From contig CM052817.1 in the NCBI GenBank assembly GCA_028534125.1, positions 100,008,001-100,072,000 of the forward strand: a stretch of DNA of 64,000 bases. The letters are read 5' to 3'. This DNA is from Lama glama. Its lineage: Eukaryota. The notes under the pieces are model-generated. The model ran no database searches. It was not told where the DNA came from and worked only from the letters and a program-made list of their open reading frames with translations. Positions 1-12,600 of this stretch are shown piece after piece. Numbering within the stretch: the stretch's first letter is position 1; every line of letters starts with the position of its first letter. A program made the translations under genes and the position numbers.

Positions 1-213
1 GCCCCTGGATGGGAGAGGGAGGATGAGGGCTGGGGACAGGGCACGGGGGGAGAGTGCACAGTCTGAAGCTCCCAGGAGCTGCAGGGCCCCACCTTTCACA
101 TAAATGTTTGGGAGACAGTCCAGGCAAAGCCAAACAATAACTCCTCCCTCTGGTTAGCGCAGATGAGAAGCAAATTACCCGTGCCAGACGCTTCTGGCAG
201 TGGACACACATAC

Positions 214-292
214 CTGCTTAGCTGCGGACGAAGAGATGGCCTTCCTCTCCACCAGGTTGAGCAGCTCCGCCAGGGCAGAAGGGGTGACAGGA
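214..292 (-). CDS. GATB: GATB coding exon (human exon 11 equivalent), 79 nt: (S)[26 protein letters not shown]
   Basis: Acceptor AG at 294-293, donor GTATGT starting at 213; phase 2 to 0, continuing the exon at 6269-6402. Not annotated in this frame by the ORF track. Confidence 0.95.
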
Positions 293-619
293 CTGGCAGC
301 CCCCAAAAGGAGAGAAGGAACATTTCCATTTCACTCTGTCGGCCTCCACATTTAGTGTCACTCAAAATCAAAGCACTTGACTTTGTAGGTTTGAATAATT
401 AAACCCCAGCCCAGGAATGAAAAGAAAGGCCAACTGGGCTCTATTTTATTTATATATCTGGTATTCTAGGATATAACACATTTCTGTGACTAGTGTTGTT
501 TTTCTTTATTTCACCACAGACAATAACCGCTGTTTGGCAGAAGTTGTAGCAACAGACAACTGCTCAGTTTAATTAGTCAAAAAAAAGGAGGTGGCTGCAA
601 AATTCATGAACCACGATGA

Positions 620-646
620 GAAAAGAAAAGAAAAGAAAAGAAAAAA
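620..646. repeat. (GAAAA)n pentanucleotide repeat, about 5 units
   Basis: gaaaagaaaagaaaagaaaagaaaaaa read directly. Confidence 0.9.
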
Positions 647-3364
647 CCCAGTAATTAAATATTGTCAACTAAAAGATCAGCCTAAAAATTACTTCAAACA
701 AAACAGCTAACAAAGCCACTTTTCTGAGTGTTTTCTGGCAAATATAAATTTTTCAATTGGAAGAGCTTTTCTTGTAGGGACGCAATGAGTACCAGCCACG
801 TGCTTACCGGCCTCACGGGCGGCCACACTCGGTCCTGTCCTGCAGCCTCTCGGCAGCTTTCTGGATTCAGAAGGGCCCAGACTCCATTATATCTACACGT
901 CTAGGAAGCGACTTACTTGCCAAGATCTCATGATATACAAGGCCGAAGGGCAACCAAACACATAAAGTGTCATCAGGTCACACTCAGGGCAAGAGCTGGG
1001 GTGAATATTGAGGATTAGTGAGAACACAAGCCTGAATTACAGACTATTTCTTGTAAAATAGTTGGTTCTGATACTTTTAAACACATACAGCAATAGGCTA
1101 ATGAAACGCTGTCTATCTGAGGTCACGAGGGGGTGAGCTTCAAACAGACTGCCAACGACTCACAGCACAGAAGGCTCTGTGGAAACGAAATCTTCGGAGA
1201 TGCTCCTAATGCCACTTGAAAACCCCTTCTCTTTAAGTCTCACTTCCATCATTCACTATTCACTTCTTTGTAAGCTCTCAGACAATAAAAAGGAAACGAC
1301 CGCTTCGCCCCTTATGCCCATTTCCCGGAATTCCAAACCAGCCGCGTGCAAGCTCACCAGGTCCGACCGACCGGACTCTGACTCAGGTCCAGTGAAGCCT
1401 CGCGGGGCTGCTCACGTGGGACGGCGGCCCATCGTCCTTCAAGTGTCTGTTCATCCCCAAGTGTGGATAAAAGGTAATTCCCAGAGGAAACCGGCTTTGG
1501 AGAGTGTCTGGCGGCACTAAGTTGGTATTTGGAGCGGCTGTGAGCCACCCTGATGAACTCTCATCAGGATGAGGCCAGAGGGCTGGGGGGTAAACGGGAA
1601 CCCCTCTCCAACCTCCCGCCCTTACTGACAAGTAATAAAGAATCCAGGTTGTTTTAAAAATTCGGGTTTCTTGGATGTTCTACAATCCTAGTCAACACAA
1701 AGGCCAATTAGAGCGCAGACCGTGGGCAGAACCTGTACTAAGCACTGGGTTGAACTAGATTTCTCGAGCCTGCGAAAGGAAGGGTCCTTGCTCCCACAGG
1801 AACGATGATAAAGGGCTGTGGGGACAGAAATAGAACACAGCGTAGCTAAAAATACTTGGCCTTTCATCCGGCGACCTTAATTCACTATAAAGTATCTCCA
1901 CCGACCTCGCAGCTTGTGGGATTTCTCAATCACTCTTTTGTAGCCACCGTGTGCGACACACAGTAGGGCAGCAGTATCCGTGTCGTGGACTTCTCCCCCG
2001 CCCCTCGGGACTTCTCTCCCCCGACCCAACAAGGACGGCTGGTCTCCTGCACCGACTCATTCCAGCTGTGCCAGGGCCAACCTTGAGTAAGACAGTGACA
2101 TAGATCAGGACCAGTCACCCTGACCTGGAGAGGCCCCCTCATAGTTAAACAGGCCACGTGGTGTGGAGCATAATGGGAGAGAGGCCCAAGCTACGCATGT
2201 GCTGCTGTCAGATCATACTGGTTTCTGGACCGTGAGTGTCTCCACCACAGAAGAACCTGACATGGAAGCCGTAGGCTCCGTGTGCTGGTCTCCAATCCTG
2301 AGCCTGGTACATCCACAGATGCAGGGACGTGGGGTCTGTCAGGCCTTCTGGCTTCCCCCAGTCCCTCAGAGCCCTTTTAGGATCACAGCTCCATCTCCAG
2401 CTTGGGTTCTGGGAGCAGACACCTGACACCTCGACAGCCACGCTGGTATCCATGAAACACGCAGCCCGTCTCAATCCCCAGGCTCACCTGAGGCCTAAAG
2501 TCCACGGGACACGAGACGCTGGCAGAGGAAGACAGGCATGGACATCCAGGTGGCTCATGCTGCTCAGTAATCCTTCTGGTCAACTCGCTAGTTTCCTGAC
2601 GCCCCTACCTGGTGCCCCCACCCAAGCAACGGTCTTAGTCTCTTTCCCACCCCCCGCCCCCTTCTCAGCAGATCCTCACCTCCCACATCACCAGGACAAC
2701 AGGACACCAGGACACCAGTGAGACAAGGCTCAGAATTCTCCGGGGTGCCCTCCTCCTCCTCCCTCACACAACCCCTCCGCCCATGCGCCAGACCTCATCA
2801 CTTTCCACCCCACTTTCCTCTCTCCTCTCTGCTACTCAGGTACCCATTTCCTCTCTCCTGCGGCTTTAATCCCACACCTTCACAAACGCTCAGGGCTTCC
2901 CTCTCTTGAAAATGCCTTCCAGTGAGCTTGCGGTCACTTACTTCTGCCTGGTTTCTTACCTTATTTTTACCAACAGAGAGCATCAGTGGCTGCCATCTGC
3001 CTTCGCAAGCACACGTTGCTTGGACTCCAACCCTATCCCTCCATGGAAGCTGTTCTCTTAAAAAGTCGCCTCCCCTCACTTATGGCCAAACGTCACAGCG
3101 TCCCCAGCCTGCCGCACCCTGACTCCTGGGCAGACTAAACATATGTGAAAATCCCTCCTCCTGGGCCTCGGGTTCCCTTCCTCCTCCCTGACTGCCCTCT
3201 TCCGTGTCCTCCTGCTCACAAGGAGGGGCCCAGGGCTCTGCCTCAGTCTGACAGAGAAGGAAAGCACCCCTGTCCCCCAGGCTGCCCCCCCCCACCGGTC
3301 AGGGCCTGCCCCCCCCGCACTGGTCAGCTGCCCCACAGAGGGCCTGGCCCCAACAGGCTCTAAG

Positions 3365-3550
3365 CCTGGGGTTGGCAAACTTCTGGAAGGCGCCCAAGAG
3401 TAAGTATTTAAGGCTCTGTGGGACTCACCTGGTCTCAGTCACATGGTCTTTGTTTTGACTCATATGAGAGGTAATAACCATCCTCAGCTCACAGGCTGGA
3501 TACAAAGAGGCTTACGGCAGGGACCTCTGACAGGCTCCCGGCCCCTGCCT
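3365..3550 (+). mobile_element. hAT-Charlie MITE, MER58-like, degenerate
   Basis: Starts ctggggttggcaaacttctggaagg...gtaagtatttaaggctctgtggg, resembling the remembered MER58 5' end; later aaccatcctcagctcacaggc. Confidence 0.6.
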
Positions 3551-4669
3551 CCCGCGCCCCTTCCCGGATGCTGCCCCATCCCTCACACGCTGGACTGACC
3601 CTCCTGTCAGCACCAGTGCCTTCTCGGCTGAAAAGCCTCCCCTGGTTTCCTAGCGCCTCAGTTGCCACGGCTACCCTGCAAGTCTGGGTAAACAGCTGGA
3701 GTGCACAACTGGACAGCTGCACTTGCCTGATCTTACCAGGAAATGCCTGCTCGGGAAATCTGTTATTTCCACTTTCTTAAGTAAATCAAACCTGTTATGA
3801 ATAGTTATTTATGCGTTATTAATCAAAGGCCAACTTCCAAAGCAATACACTCGAAACAATCAAAGTGCCAAGTTCAACTAGAGCTTTCCGGGTCAGACTC
3901 TTTAAACATCACTCTTTCGGGCAGTTTCCAAAGATGAATGCTCATTTGCAAAATCAGTTCCTGCTGACGTGATCTCTGGAGGGCTCCCAGCCTGGTGTCA
4001 TCACGGGAACACTGCTAGCTTCGTGGCTACTGCTGTTCTCTGCTTTGGAAACGTGAGCCCCGGCGCCGAGGCCGCTCTCTGGCTACGTGCCCTCCCCGGT
4101 GAGGCTGGTGGACACACGCAGCCCAGCCAGCGCTGCTCTGAGCTGTGGAGCCGGGGGATCTGCCACAGCTTTGTTCTGGATCCTCAGTTCCTGCTCCACA
4201 AAAACTGTAAGAACCATTGCTCAGCCTCCTCCTTACTTGACTTGGAACAACCAAGTACACTTTTATTGAGCATTTGTTTGCCCTTGGGTTCTTAAAACAC
4301 TAGTGCTTATGAACTGTTTGGATAAATACTGGGGGCTCGAATTCAACTCCAAGTTCAACCCCAGCTCCTCTAGAAGCTCCCCAAACTGTTGTTAAGCAAA
4401 CCTCTAACTTCACAGATCAACATAGGAAGAAACTGATCTGAAAAGTCAGGAGACTGGCTTCCAGCCTGAGCAGGTGGGCACCTCACCCCCAGGGCCTGGA
4501 TCTCCTCCTCTGCTAAAGGCCAGAGCCCAACCAGAAGGCATCTCAGGTGTCCGCCGAGACTGAGATTCAGTGACTCAAGTGACATCACAGCCGACAAAGT
4601 GGAAAAACTTATTTAAAGCTAAGATTGACCTCTCCTGCAAAAGCTCAAACCACTCTGCCTCCCGCTGGG

Positions 4670-5200
4670 ACCATCCACTGTGTCCCCCACCACACTAGAA
4701 CCTGCGGCTCATTCCGTCCTTCTCGACACTTCCCTTTTCTCTGGCTTCTGTGACCCCCACGCTCCTGGTTCTCCCCCTCCTCTGCCCACACTCGGTGGTT
4801 AAAGTCCAGGGGTGTCTCGGGCCCCTTCCGCAGCTGCCGGTCGTACTGTTTCCTCCCCGACTGCTCTCATCTGCTCCCATGGCTTCTCGCACCATCTACT
4901 TGCCGCCGAGTCCATGATCCACATACATGGGCTGTGCGCTGCCTTCACCCCCAAGACTCTGACGTGCGCTGGTCCCTGTGCCTGGAGCGCTCGGACCCCC
5001 GTGGCCTGCCTGGCCCCACTCACCCTTCACACAGGGCACAGCTCAGCTGCTCCCGCCCCTTCTCAGGGAACTCGGCTCACTGCTTCACAGTCACCAGCCT
5101 CTAGACTGGCAGCTCCAAGAGCAGGGACCACATCTGTCTTTGGGACTGGTTTCCCCATATTCGGCACAGAACTTGGCATGGGGCAGAGTCTAAACTAACC
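4670..5200 (+). mobile_element. LINE-2 3' fragment, degenerate
   Basis: L2-like ccttctcgacacttcccttttctctggcttctgtgac...ctcccatggcttc and a 3'-end-like ggcacagaacttggcatgg. Confidence 0.55.
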
Positions 5201-6267
5201 CACTCTTGGATTTACACCTCCGAGACAGATGTCTCTCATCAGCTGCCATGGGTCACCCCACGAGGGGGACGTCTGTCCCACAGGCAGCTCAAACCCAGGG
5301 TGTCCAAAAGGAACACAGTGTCCTCCACACCCCATCCCCCTTCCCTCACCCCCGGCCATGCTGAAAGGCACTGCCCCCATCTTGCTCCACAGCCCATGCC
5401 TGGGACCTGGAGTCATGCAGGTGTGAAATCACTGCCCTTACCTTGGTCACCTCACTCAGTGATGCCACCACACTTGGGCACAGGGCGTTTCTCATGGATG
5501 CTCCTGTAAGAGGGGCCCAACCAGGCTTCCCACCTCTGGTCCATCTTCCATCCCACCCCCTAGGGGGAAACTCAAGTGAGCTGCGCTCTCAGGTATTCGA
5601 GGGCTGCTAACAAAGGCAGGTGAAGCCACCGGGTGGCCCTCTCCCATCTCTGAAGTTCCCTCCCTCCCTCCTGAGGCCCCCGGAGCTTCTGGGTCTTCTG
5701 AGCCTCCCACGCCTGCTGGTCTCCAAGCGTCAAGGTCCACGACTGACGATCGCGTCCCTGCTCTGGACGCCCTGCCTCTCCCAGCCCTCGGCAACTCCCA
5801 CTAGTCCCTCAGGGCTCGGCCTCTGAGGAACCTCGCTCTCCCTTCTCAGGGAGAGCCTGGCTGACCCCCCGCCTCGGTGCAGCCCCCCTTTCTGCGCATT
5901 CGCAGCAGCCTGTGCACACCTGCGGCCCAACAGCGCCAGCCGAATGCCTGAGGCGCCTTTCTGCTTCTTCCGGGTTTGTATCCCGCACCCGCTTGTCCAC
6001 TCCCTGCCTTACACACCTTCAGGCCTTCAGGCCCTCAGCCCAGCATGGAATAAAGGACAGCATGGAGGGTCAGAGGTTTGAATAAATGACCTTTCAGATG
6101 CGATGGCGGACAGCTTTAGGATTTGGGATTCACAGGGGACATCTGTGTCTTGTCAGGGGATCCTGAGGACAGCAGCCCTGCGCTATCTCAAGTGCTTCTG
6201 GACAGAGTTCATCACAAAGGGAGACCAGCCCCCAGACCCACCCTCCCACCCACGCCGTCCCCACTCA

Positions 6268-6420
<153 letters not shown>

Positions 6421-9400
6421 TTATATAAAACTTCTAAAAACTGAAAGATCAGCATTCTGAAGGCAAATATGAAACTGTCACCCTCTGCCTCCTCTGAGAC
6501 GTCGACTGGTACTTCCCCAAACACAGAGCTGTCACCAGAAAATTCCGATCACTTTCAGTAAACAGCAAGAATCCTACTTCTACGCTGTCGCCGTACATTT
6601 ACAGAGCGTTTTGTCAGAGGAATGAACACGCTGCAGAGCCTGGACTTTGTGGGCCCGAGGACGGTGGAACTCGCCACCCTCCAAGCTCAGTGTCAGCCCT
6701 GCGTCCCCTACAACCGTTACTCCCGAGCTGCACGCCCGGCCGAGTTTACTGCCCGGCCTCTCTGTAGGCCTGTCTTCTGCTGCAGGTCCTGGCGATCGCT
6801 AGAATAAGAAGGCAGGAAAGGAGCAAATCAAGAAACAACAAACAGAACATTCTACTTCTGCAAAACCAAAAGTAGATCATAACTGTATCCATCTTCACAT
6901 CAGCCCCAGAGGTGACAGAAGTGGTTTTCATGTGTTTCCAAAACGAGGAAGAACATAGACAGGTGATCTATTGAGACCACTAACTGGAGGAGGGAGCCGC
7001 CAGGCCGCTGAGCTGACCCTGAGCCTCATCTTGCTCCATGAAAACCATCAGCTGGGTTGGCTCACCAAGGAGAGGTGTCTGAAGACGCCTCTACCGTTCC
7101 TGCTCTATGGACCGCCGTCTCCAAGAGTCAGGGGCCGCGGGCCCCATTCTGTGACTAGAGCTTCGTCAGTGCTGCGTCACTGCAGCTGCCTGGTTAGTCT
7201 GGGTGGATGGACTCTCCCATCTCTACGTGGACTTTAAAAAAAAATCACACGGGAATGCTCACCCTTTATCATATGTTCACCCTTAAATATGAGAATTGCC
7301 ACAATTCTGCATAAGAGGAAACCCATGGCACCCATCAGTTTACACACAGTGGCTAACCACCAGCTCTCATGGATTTGGCAGAACCGAGAAATTCAGCTAA
7401 GCCCACCCTCTGTTATTCAATAAGGAAAATAAAAACATGTTCCAGCAGGTAGGGGAGGCTGGAGTTTCCAAATGCAGAGGGACCACGTTCTAAGCAGCAG
7501 ATTTGCCCTACCTGCTGACATTCAAATCAAGCCGACTTTCCTTGAAATATTCCTTTTTCACTTTTTACTGCAGGTAAGGCTCTCACCCTCGCCACTTCCA
7601 GAGACCCTTCATTAACCAAGAGATCTTTCAGGAAAGTTACAATATGGGGAAGAAGACCTACTGACAAAGGGCTGTCAAAGCTGCGCAGCTGCAGAGGCTG
7701 TAACACACACACAGGCATGCAGCTGCTGAAGGAGACAGTCCATAATTAAAAAAAAAACCTACGTGCCCCCGATAACAGACGCAGCCTCCAGTGACAAGCC
7801 TGCTGAACGATCTCGTCATCTCCTGAACCTCTTTTCAAGCCGATGCCATCATTCTGTTCATGCTAAACCAGGGCAAAGGCCACCACAGCAGCCAAAGCTT
7901 GTCTACAGATAAAGGCAAATCCAGGCGGCACAAAGACAAAGTTCTGCTTAACTTAGGGAAAAGTACTCAGACTTCCACAATGGCACACAAACCACCGGGG
8001 AGGTAGGAAAAACCACGATCCGGCCCAAATCAGACGAGCAGAGCTCCCTTTGCTCTAACCCAGCCAGGCTGGCCCGCTGGTGAAAAGAGCTGTCAGGGGG
8101 AGGACTCCGCCTGGCCAAGGAAAGGCTTTCTAAATCCACCTAGAAATACTGCACTTGAACTCCCCGGCCTGGCTGAGTTGCCGAGACGTGATGAATATCT
8201 ATTCCTCTACCCTTGGGTGGTTTTTGTATTGGATGGATAACACGGCCAGTCAGACTTCGGTTTGTCTTCTCATGTCAGTGCTGTGATGAAGCCTCTCCGG
8301 GCTGGCGCTGTACTTCACTGGGGGCTCCGTGGTTTCAGTACGCAACGTGCGGCGGGCGGGCGAGGCTGTGATTGTGACGGGGTGAGCTGTCGGCGGCGGG
8401 GCTGGGGGAGGCTGAGCTGCTGCCACCCAGAGATGACGGATCGATGGAACGTCACGTGTGGGCTGCCTGCTCTGGCTCTTTAGATCCGAAGCCCGCTTCT
8501 CAGGAAAAAAAAAACACACAGCATTCTAGGTAAGGCCTTCTTCGTTTTTCTGAGATTGGTGAATGCTAATAAGCTTGGCACAAATCTCTGAAGTCCCTGG
8601 TGGACAGGGCAGGGTAGCTATCGAGTTTTCTCAGGACACTGTGGACCAGTCATTCTCCTATGTGAAAACTGTATTACGGGCAATGCAGAAAGGCCACTGC
8701 ATTAGGGGACCCTTCTCAGAGGAAACCAGCCAGCACTAATCTTCCACACATCAGATAGAGCTGAGACTTCAGCTACAGCGGCCAAGTCTCCCGGTCAGCT
8801 GCAGCTCTGACTGTTCCCTCAGAGCGAGCCAAAGCAGCACGGACACCAGCCTGTCTTCTCTATAATACCAGACACACTTCACAGCTCTGAGACCGTAGAG
8901 CATCCTTTTCACATTTTAATCAGATTTCCCAAAGCATTCGATTACACCCTGAGCCAATGCCAGGCCAGCCTCTCAGACGTTGACAGGAAACCTCTGCTGC
9001 CAGCGGGTCTGTCGGCTGATCACTGTGTCGTCGCTGGGGTGAGACAAGGCAGAGGGGTCACCTGCCTTCCCTGAGGCTCTGGGAAGAATCCGATTCCCCC
9101 TGCATCGGAGCCTGCAAGCCAGGTGCCCCGAAGCTGACTTGTACGTTCTACCTTCAGAGATGACAAATGCTGGAAGGCTGTCCTGTTGGAATGGGAGGAA
9201 GGCTGACTTCTCAACTGCCATTCCTGTTCTAAGCCACATGCCCTGGGAACCCGACGATAGGGCAGAATGCGGCTGGACTATATTTAGAAGTAGAGCGGAA
9301 CTGGACAGACACAGCTGCCTGGTGGCAGAGTCAGGGAAGAAAAAGGCCACGGAGCACACGTTGTGGAACAGCTGGTTGTGTGGCCGGGGGTGACCCGGCG

Positions 9401-9479
9401 GCTACGGGGACCCCGGCTTTATTGCCTGAAGACCTGCTACCTGAAGATGAGCAGCCAGCCCTGCTGTGGGTGGCGTTCA

Positions 9480-9670
9480 TAATGGCCTCACCAGCAACAG
9501 TAATGGGTGCCAGCACTGTCCTAAGTGCATTCTCTGCATTAACTCCTTTAATCCCAGCACCAACTATCAGCCAAGGAACCAGCGGAATCCTCTTTCACGG
9601 ATGAGGACACGCTGAGGTCGCACAGCAAGAGAGCAGCAGAGCTGGGGCTCAGACCTCTGTGGCCTGTGCT
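9480..9670 (-). mobile_element. MIR SINE, degenerate
   Basis: gccagcactgtcctaagtgc...cctttaatcc...cggatgaggacacgctgagg...gcagagctggggctc resembles the reverse MIR core. Confidence 0.65.
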
Positions 9671-12600
9671 CTTAGACTCCGTGTTGTGCTGCCTCTGATG
9701 AAGACAGGTCGCATTCCCTCCTGGGGCCTGGCACTGAGCTCCCACTGGGCCGGGCACGACGTAAAGCAACCAGCTTATCCAAAGAAGGCACCTTCCCACC
9801 ACTTCCATTATTTTATCTGCCAGCTGCCAGCTGTTCAAAGGTTCCTAACGTATTAAAAAGTGTCGCAAGGGCCCTCAGCAATTAGCTTAGAAACAAGGAG
9901 GAGAAAACGGCAAGCGTGGGTTCTGCCGTTGCCAGGGCACACCTAGGCCATGTGGCACTCTCTGCTGTGGCTTGCCACATAGCTGCCCCCAGACCAGGAA
10001 GGAGGACGGTGGGGCCGCCCCCACCCCACACGACAGGGCTCCCAGGGGACCGGAGCCCTCCCACGTGTCCTGGGAGTCGCTTTGCCGAGGGAGGCGCCTG
10101 CAGGACCAGCACCACCTGCCGCCTGGGAGGAGGGCCTGGCACCTGCCCGTCAGGGGCTCCGTGGTTCCCCGTCATTCCTGTGACGCTCGTCACTCCGACA
10201 AACTGAGAGAGACAGAACGCAGGCCCAACAACTTGGTGAAAATGTCCCTGAAAATCACATCAGATGCTAGAGTTAGGGTAGAAACGGAAATTAAGGAAGG
10301 CGGCCCCAGGAGAGTGGTGGGTCTAGGGCAGAAACCAAGGGCAGATGAAGGACTGGGGTGTTCGGTGTAGGGGGGAGAGCGGGCCTGGGTCTACGATGTG
10401 AATGGGACCTGCTTTTTACAGAAGCAGGGAGTGGCTGTGAAATCTCTTAGCGAGTGAGGGGGGAAAAAAAAGCAGCACCCAGAGGAGTCGTCAGCGGGGA
10501 AAAACAAAAGGTGGTGGATTGGGGTGTGAGGCCAGCACAGGAAACATCACTCTCCACTTGGGTGTGTCAGCAAGAAGTCGGAACCCTGACCCACCACTGC
10601 CACTTTCAAGAACATCTGGAGAAGCTCCGAAATTGACTGAAACACCGAGTGTGCGACCTCTAGTCTGTCTCAGGAGTGCATGATTCGAGAAGTCTATAGT
10701 TCTATTTTGGTCCCACAATTTCCACCTCTAGGTCAGGTTCCCGGAGGGCTTGGGAGCCCCTAAAATCTGAGTGAAACTCTGGTCTCAGCAATTTCACCTG
10801 TGCTCTGTTCCCAGCAAAACCGGGAAGTACACATATCTGAGCTGGGCTCAGGGTACCGGCTCCGCTCAGGGAAATGGGTTTACATTCTCTGTGATGCAGC
10901 CACTCTAGAAGAGACATTGAGGGGAAACCAACTTAGGAGTGGGACTTTCCCTGGATAATCAAAATTCAAATAATTCAGGTAATAAAAGTTGACAGCAGAC
11001 AGGCATAATCAAAGCCTCCACAAGAATGGGACACAGAGAGCATGCTGTCAAGAAATCAATTCTGAAGACAATCACATTTTAATGAGCCTAACACCATGGT
11101 TGTCTAGCGGTCCTGGCAGGGAGGGGGCCTGTGTCACTCAATAGCGGCTTTCTGTTAACTGTCCCCAAAAGGAAGCCATCCCACAGACAGGAAGGGAGGC
11201 TTCCAGATGGGCTGGGAACACAGCCCCGTGGAGTCCCCATGGCTAGGGTTCAGGATGCACTCCTCCTGGTGCACAGGTCCCTGAGGGGCAGACGGCTCTG
11301 AACCCAGACGATCCTCACCTCTGAAAGTACCCCCCTGGCATTCACACCTGAGTCAAATGAACAGGGGGTTTTGCAGGGGTCAAGTCAGAAGACACGTCTT
11401 TTGATTCAGCTTTCCCAGAACAAAATACTGGTTATTTTTCCAGTGCAGAGACTGTGAAAGCATCCTTAAGCTGGCAAGCACTGGGTGCAATTTTATAAAA
11501 TGAAGAATAAAATCAATTTTGAAAATTGCATGGAGCTGAAATATGGTGACGAGGGTGATCGAATGGATTTTCCTCTGGCTGCAGTTAGACGGTGCGTCGT
11601 CCTTTGCTCCTCGGTAAGTCAGGGCAGTCTAAAACCAGTCAATAAGGCTTCAGATGCTTTTTTAAACTATTAGCTTTAAAGCAGCATTACCTATGGGATA
11701 CACAGCTATTTATCACAGGGAATTATTTCCTAGGCAATTCATCCAGATAGAAAACCAGGCCATTTCCAGCTAACGGGAGACTCAAAGCAAAACTCTTGGA
11801 AAACAATCCATTTGACAACCAACCACAGTCATGACATACTTTGTTTCTTTGTTCCCTAGAGACACCTTAACCTTTTCCATGATGTCAGAAACAAAAGATT
11901 ATGACTTTAAATGGGGAATAACCAGCTGCGGGAATGAAGTTGTTCAAACAAGACCACACGCCTTGAGGTTGCACACACAGGCAGACGCGTGCGGCAGCAA
12001 GGCACTGCCCTGGAGGGTCTCAGTCACGTCTCCCGACAGTCTCGCTGGGGCCATGTTGGGTTTTCCTTAAGATCCTGCCTCGCACGGCTCTTGATGTGTT
12101 AGCAGCTGCCTGGTGCTCTTTTCCGTGCCAGCCTGTCCCCAGCAATCTGCTTGGCTGTACTGAGATTTTTTCGATTCACTGAAGATGCCCTGTGCCTGTC
12201 ACCTTCGGGGTAACTGACTCACACCCCTCCTCCTTCCTCTGGGGAGGGGACAGCTGTGGGCACGTTCGCTGGGCCCTTCCAGCTCCTAAGTGTCAGAGGT
12301 GAGGTCTGGGACCCAGAGCGTCTGTCTCTCAATCACTGACCCGCAGGGCTACTCAGAAGAGTTACCAACAACCCGGAAAAGATAAAGCTCTTACATCTGA
12401 CAGCAGGACCGGGCGCTGTGATGAGCACCGCGGGCTCTCAGGAAGCACTGATCGGGGGCCGCTCTGCCCTTCCTCCACTGGAATCTTTCACAGCAGATGA
12501 GACTGAAATCTTTCTGCCAGTCACGCTGTGAGCTCACATGTGTCCCTTACCAAGTGCATGACGTTAGATACTGGGCAGAACCATCCCACAGAATCCACAA

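Noticed and set aside
1549..1575. Hairpin CCTGATGA-ACTC-TCATCAGG with CTGATGA on both strands, suggesting a hammerhead ribozyme core
   Set aside because: No GAAA after a stem II and no consistent stems I/III on either strand; a short inverted repeat is expected by chance.
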